Part shown: piece after piece, positions 60,425 to 64,000 of the stretch
How positions within the stretch are numbered: position 1 is the stretch's first letter
Layout: each line of letters begins with the position of its first letter
NCBI GenBank assembly: GCA_011087955.1
Contig: JAALKR010000001.1
Span: 38,449 to 102,448 of the forward strand
Length of the DNA: 64,000 bases
Direction: 5' to 3'
DNA from: Oligoflexia bacterium
GTDB lineage: Bacteria; Bdellovibrionota; UBA1018; CAIPTA01; JAALKR01
The notes under the pieces: model-generated
Told to the model about the DNA's origin: nothing
Databases searched by the model: none
Seen by the model: the letters and a program-made list of their open reading frames with translations, nothing else
Translations under genes and position numbers: made by a program

Positions 60425-61324
60425 ATGGCGATTATGTGGGAGCACATTTCAAACGATGAACGTAATGCCATCGCAGTAGAGGCAAAGAAACTGTTCGCAT
60501 GCAGCAATCTAAACCCGGCGCTTCAAAAGTGGTGCCTGGGGCTTCTCGACCGCCTGCGTCCCAGGCACGACGAACCTTCCTGGTTGCCAGTGCCTCCTAC
60601 GGAAAACAAAATAGTAACCACCTGGCTGGCGAGTCAAATCGACCACACCTTGCTCAAACCTGAAGCGGTGAGCGCCAGCTATGAAAAACTCTGTGCCGAG
60701 GCCCGAGAGTTCAACTTTAAGGCGATCTGTGTCCCACCCAATAGAGTGGTAGAATGTGTAGAATTACTGAAAGGTTCACCCGTCCTCACGATTACCGTCA
60801 CCGGATTCCCTCTGGGCTATGCAAGTCCTGAATCAATGGCACAAGAGACGCGGGTTGCGATCGAGGCTGGCTCTGGCGAAGTGGATATGGTTATTCCTTA
60901 CGGCGCATTAAAAGACGGTAAATACGCAGAAGTCTTTGCCTCCGTCTCAACGGTTTGTAAAGCCAGTACAGTCGAATCTGGAGTAAAAATCTTGGTCAAA
61001 TCGATCCTCGAATCGGCCGCTCTATCCGATGCTGAATTAGCCTGCGCATCCGCGATTGCTCTTGTCGCCGGAGCTGATTTTATTAAAACAAGCACGGGGT
61101 TTTCTGCAACTGGAGGCGCCAGCCTACGAGCCATAAATATCATGCGCCTAATTGCGGGCCCTAATAAGGGAGTGAAAGCCAGTGGCGGCATTCGCGATCG
61201 CGCGACTGCGATAAAGATGATTGAAGCGGGCGCGAATCGCATCGGAACGTCGGATTCAGTAGCGATTGTCCAAGACGCACCTGGCTTAACACAAAGTAAG
61301 CCTAGTTCAACAGGAGACTATTAG
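60425..61324 (+). CDS. deoC: deoxyribose-phosphate aldolase with ~70-aa N-terminal extension
   Basis: IDHTLLKPEA..., Schiff-base Lys region FIKTSTGF; deo operon context. Confidence 0.85.
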   Translation: MAIMWEHISNDERNAIAVEAKKLFACSNLNPALQKWCLGLLDRLRPRHDEPSWLPVPPTENKIVTTWLASQIDHTLLKPEAVSASYEKLCAEAREFNFKAICVPPNRVVECVELLKGSPVLTITVTGFPLGYASPESMAQETRVAIEAGSGEVDMVIPYGALKDGKYAEVFASVSTVCKASTVESGVKILVKSILESAALSDAELACASAIALVAGADFIKTSTGFSATGGASLRAINIMRLIAGPNKGVKASGGIRDRATAIKMIEAGANRIGTSDSVAIVQDAPGLTQSKPSSTGDY

Positions 61325-62518
61325 GTGAAAGCCAAACGCGTATTCTTCTTCGTGCTCGATTCTGTAGGAGTTGGTGCCATGCCCGACGCGGCTGAATATG
61401 GCGATGGAGACGTAAACACGCTTAAGCACATTGCAAAGACCGTGGGCGGATTAAACCTGCCAACGCTAGAGAAGATGGGACTCGGGCACCTGACTGAGAT
61501 AAAAGGCGTAGCGAAGCCGAGCTCAACGATTGCTGCCTATGGAAAAGCAGCAGAGAAATCAAAGGGTAAAGACACAACTACCGGGCATTGGGAATTTATG
61601 GGCATTGAAGTCAGCGTCCCCTTCCCCACTTATCCCCAAGGGTTCCCGAAAGAGTTTATTGATTGCTTTGTCGCCGAAAATAGCTTGCCTGGGGTCCTGG
61701 GTAATAAAGCCGCTTCTGGAACGGTGATCATTGAAGAACTTGGTGAGAAGCATTTAGCTTCTGAAAAACCAATTGTATACACTTCCGCTGATTCCGTTTT
61801 TCAAATCGCCTGCCATGAAGAGACGTTTGGTCTAGATCGTCTCTACTCTCTTTGCAAGAATGCACGCAAGCAATGCAATGAAATTAATGTGAGCCGAGTG
61901 ATTGCACGGCCATTTCTTGGCGCTAACGCAAAGGCTTTTAAGCGCACGGGAAATCGCAAAGACTACAGCATTGAACTACCAGCTAAAACAGCTCTGGATC
62001 ATTTGTTAGTAGACAAGTTCGAGTCCATCTCGATTGGAAAAGTAGCTAGCATTTATGGCTATACCGGATTCTCAAAGGAGCTAAAAGCAAGTTCCAATCA
62101 AGAAATTTTTAATGTTGCCAAAAAAGAAGCGGAACGAAATTTTACCGGCTTGCTGTTTGCTAATTTTGTCGATTTCGATATGCTCTACGGCCATCGACGC
62201 AATCCGAGGGGCTATGCCAAAGAACTAGAGTGGTTTGATGCAGAGCTGAGGTCGTTTATCAAATCAATGATGCGTGAGGATGACTTGTTGATTTTGTCCG
62301 CCGACCACGGCAATGACCCAACCGCACCAGGTTCAGATCATACCCGTGAATACGTACCGATCATTGCCTATACGAAAGTAACCGAAAATAGTGGTGGTAA
62401 GGCTCTTGGAACTAGAACTTCTTTCGCCGATATTGGGCAAACTATTTTGGACGCCTTGGGGAGCTCAGCCAAGCTCCCCATCGGTCAAAGTTTTTGGCAG
62501 GAAATGAGGATGCTATGA
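61325..62518 (+). CDS. deoB: phosphopentomutase
   Basis: GTG start abutting deoC stop; alkaline-phosphatase-superfamily metal ligands (DSVGVGAMPDA, SADHGNDPT). Confidence 0.9.
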   Translation: MKAKRVFFFVLDSVGVGAMPDAAEYGDGDVNTLKHIAKTVGGLNLPTLEKMGLGHLTEIKGVAKPSSTIAAYGKAAEKSKGKDTTTGHWEFMGIEVSVPFPTYPQGFPKEFIDCFVAENSLPGVLGNKAASGTVIIEELGEKHLASEKPIVYTSADSVFQIACHEETFGLDRLYSLCKNARKQCNEINVSRVIARPFLGANAKAFKRTGNRKDYSIELPAKTALDHLLVDKFESISIGKVASIYGYTGFSKELKASSNQEIFNVAKKEAERNFTGLLFANFVDFDMLYGHRRNPRGYAKELEWFDAELRSFIKSMMREDDLLILSADHGNDPTAPGSDHTREYVPIIAYTKVTENSGGKALGTRTSFADIGQTILDALGSSAKLPIGQSFWQEMRML

Positions 62519-63846
62519 GCTTTAACCCTGTAGAGTTAACTACTCGCAAGCGTGACGGTGAAAAACTAAGCGCTGAAGAGATTTCCTGGTTTATCACCGA
62601 ATATACCAATGGAACTATTCCCGATTACCAAATGTCAGCAATGTTAATGGCTATTTATTTTCAGGGCATGTCGACAGCTGAGACTGCAGCAATGACGGAT
62701 GTAATGTTACATTCTGGATCTGTCCTAAATCTTCGAGATATCGATAAGCCCAAAATTGATAAGCATTCCACGGGTGGAATTGGAGATAAAACAAGCATTA
62801 TTCTAGTTCCACTACTCGCTTGTTTTGATATTGCCGTTCCAATGATTGCCGGCCGAGGCCTTGGACACACAGGCGGAACAATCGATAAGTTAGAGGCTAT
62901 CCCTGGATTCCAAGCGGAGCTCGGTGAGCCTCGCTTTAAAGAGCTATTGGGTACGATTGGTGCTGCACTGATTAGCCAAGGCAAAGGCCTTTGCCCGGCA
63001 GACAAAAAGCTCTACGGACTGCGGGATGTTTCAGGTACGGTTCCGGCCATTCCGTTAATCGTCTCCTCTATTATGTCCAAGAAGCTTGCGGAAGATATTG
63101 ATGGCCTCGTTTTAGACGTAAAGTTTGGTTCTGGTGCCTTTATGAAAACCGTTAAGGAAGCAAAGGCCCTCGCAAAAGCTATGGTGAGTACTGGCAAGCA
63201 TGCTGGCCGCCATGTAGTCGCCGTGCTAACGGATATGAGTCAACCTTTGGGCCGTGCCGTAGGCAACGCAAACGAAATCAATGAATGTGTGGAGTTTCTA
63301 CGCCGAGGTCCGCAAGATCCGGCAATCGATAAACGTCTATATGATTGCACCATGAGTTTAGCGGTGGAAATGCTTATTTTAGGTCGTAGACAAATGGGTA
63401 AAAGGCTCAAGCCAAAGGATGCCAAAAAAGAGCTAGAAGAAATGCTGCTCTCCGGCCGGCCGTACTCAAAATTTTTAGAGATGGTGTCCCTACAAGGGGG
63501 CGACACAGTGGCACTGGACTCAGGACTTCCCGTAGCAAAAGTAAAAAAAACTTTGAAGGCAAAGAAGGCCGGATATATTCGGGCTATGGATGCCCAAGCG
63601 ATCGGCATGGTTGTGGTGGACCTGGGTGGCGGTCGAAAAGCTGCATCTGATTCGATAGATCACAGTGTGGGCCTTGAATTTGAGCGGTTTATTGGGGATC
63701 ACCTGCAAAAGGGGGAGGATATCGTAAAAATCTACGCAAACTCTGAAACAGTGGCTCGGTCTGCGTTGGAGCAGCTCCAAGAGGTAATCGTAGTCAGCCC
63801 ACAGAAAAAATCAGCGCCCAAATTAGTTCGAGAACGAATCGTTTAG
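62515..63846 (+). CDS. deoA: thymidine/pyrimidine-nucleoside phosphorylase
   Basis: RKRDGEKLSAEEISWFI... STGGIGDKTS glycosyl-transferase family 3 motifs; ATG 62515 overlaps deoB TGA (ATGA). Confidence 0.9.
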   Translation: MSFNPVELTTRKRDGEKLSAEEISWFITEYTNGTIPDYQMSAMLMAIYFQGMSTAETAAMTDVMLHSGSVLNLRDIDKPKIDKHSTGGIGDKTSIILVPLLACFDIAVPMIAGRGLGHTGGTIDKLEAIPGFQAELGEPRFKELLGTIGAALISQGKGLCPADKKLYGLRDVSGTVPAIPLIVSSIMSKKLAEDIDGLVLDVKFGSGAFMKTVKEAKALAKAMVSTGKHAGRHVVAVLTDMSQPLGRAVGNANEINECVEFLRRGPQDPAIDKRLYDCTMSLAVEMLILGRRQMGKRLKPKDAKKELEEMLLSGRPYSKFLEMVSLQGGDTVALDSGLPVAKVKKTLKAKKAGYIRAMDAQAIGMVVVDLGGGRKAASDSIDHSVGLEFERFIGDHLQKGEDIVKIYANSETVARSALEQLQEVIVVSPQKKSAPKLVRERIV

Positions 63847-63855
63847 GGTATTAGA

Positions 63856-64000
63856 ATGGAACAAGCAGGACAAATTACACAGCAAATTAATGAGACTACC
63901 GCCTTTCTCCAAAAGAAGCTTCCAACCCGACCCAAAACGGGCCTGGTCTTAGGCTCTGGCCTTGGCACTTTCGTAGACCATATGAAAGACCAGACAGTAA
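63856..64000 (+). CDS. punA: purine nucleoside phosphorylase, N-terminal fragment (runs off window end)
   Basis: KTGLVLGSGLGTFVDHM PNP family-I N-terminus. Confidence 0.7.
   Translation, partial: MEQAGQITQQINETTAFLQKKLPTRPKTGLVLGSGLGTFVDHMKDQTV

Noticed and set aside
1-64000. CRISPR arrays, rRNA, tRNA, IS elements/transposases, integrases
   Set aside because: No regularly spaced direct repeats with unique spacers, no rRNA/tRNA-like structures and no transposase or recombinase-like ORFs were found on either strand.

Overview
This 64-kb window is mostly conserved chromosomal backbone of a Gram-negative bacterium with moderate GC content. The gene content (many PilZ/DUF4339 proteins, an ExbB-ExbD-ExbD cluster, a bamA-skp-lpxD envelope cluster) suggests a Bdellovibrio-like lineage, but that is only an inference. 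Recognisable backbone genes run in this order: lpxD (partial), skp, an outer-membrane beta-barrel gene, bamA, lolD, lolC/E, lysS, an mrp/apbC fusion, anmK, lpxC, ribF, an ECF sigma/anti-sigma fusion, a tlpA-like gene, a sigma-54 activator, a lipoprotein and membrane-protein cluster, gluQ, htrA, a cyclophilin, SNF and SSS transporters, the ExbB/ExbD/ExbD cluster, trxA, gmhA, polA, bfr/bfd, pntAB, nusB, glyA, rpiB, the fab/pls cluster (fabF, acpP, fabG, fabH, plsX, rpmF), two tandem DUF4339-PilZ proteins, phoH2, and the deoC-deoB-deoA-punA nucleoside catabolism operon.

The clearest accessory region is a roughly 4.7-kb island (about 55.7 to 60.4 kb) between phoH2 and deoC. It is visibly more GC-rich than its surroundings and carries three things: a C5 cytosine DNA methyltransferase whose conserved motifs are scattered over two reading frames (at least three frame switches); an intact hipB-hipA toxin-antitoxin pair with a TATCC-N9-GGATA operator-like site and a small translationally coupled third ORF; and a frameshifted tandem-repeat lipoprotein gene.

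Other observations worth a second look:
- an ECF sigma factor fused in one polypeptide to a transmembrane anti-sigma-like domain;
- two adjacent GYF-like(DUF4339)-PilZ proteins;
- an intact 3' fragment of a second fabH wedged between bfr and bfd;
- a 12-bp x4 tandem repeat (TAAGGAAAATAG, stop codon plus SD-like element) that forms the whole plsX-fabH spacer;
- a gluQ gene whose catalytic HIGH-like motif lies upstream of any canonical start codon;
- fabD missing from the fab cluster.

I found no rRNA, tRNA or CRISPR array. All calls rest on reading the six-frame translations and the DNA directly; I did no database searches.
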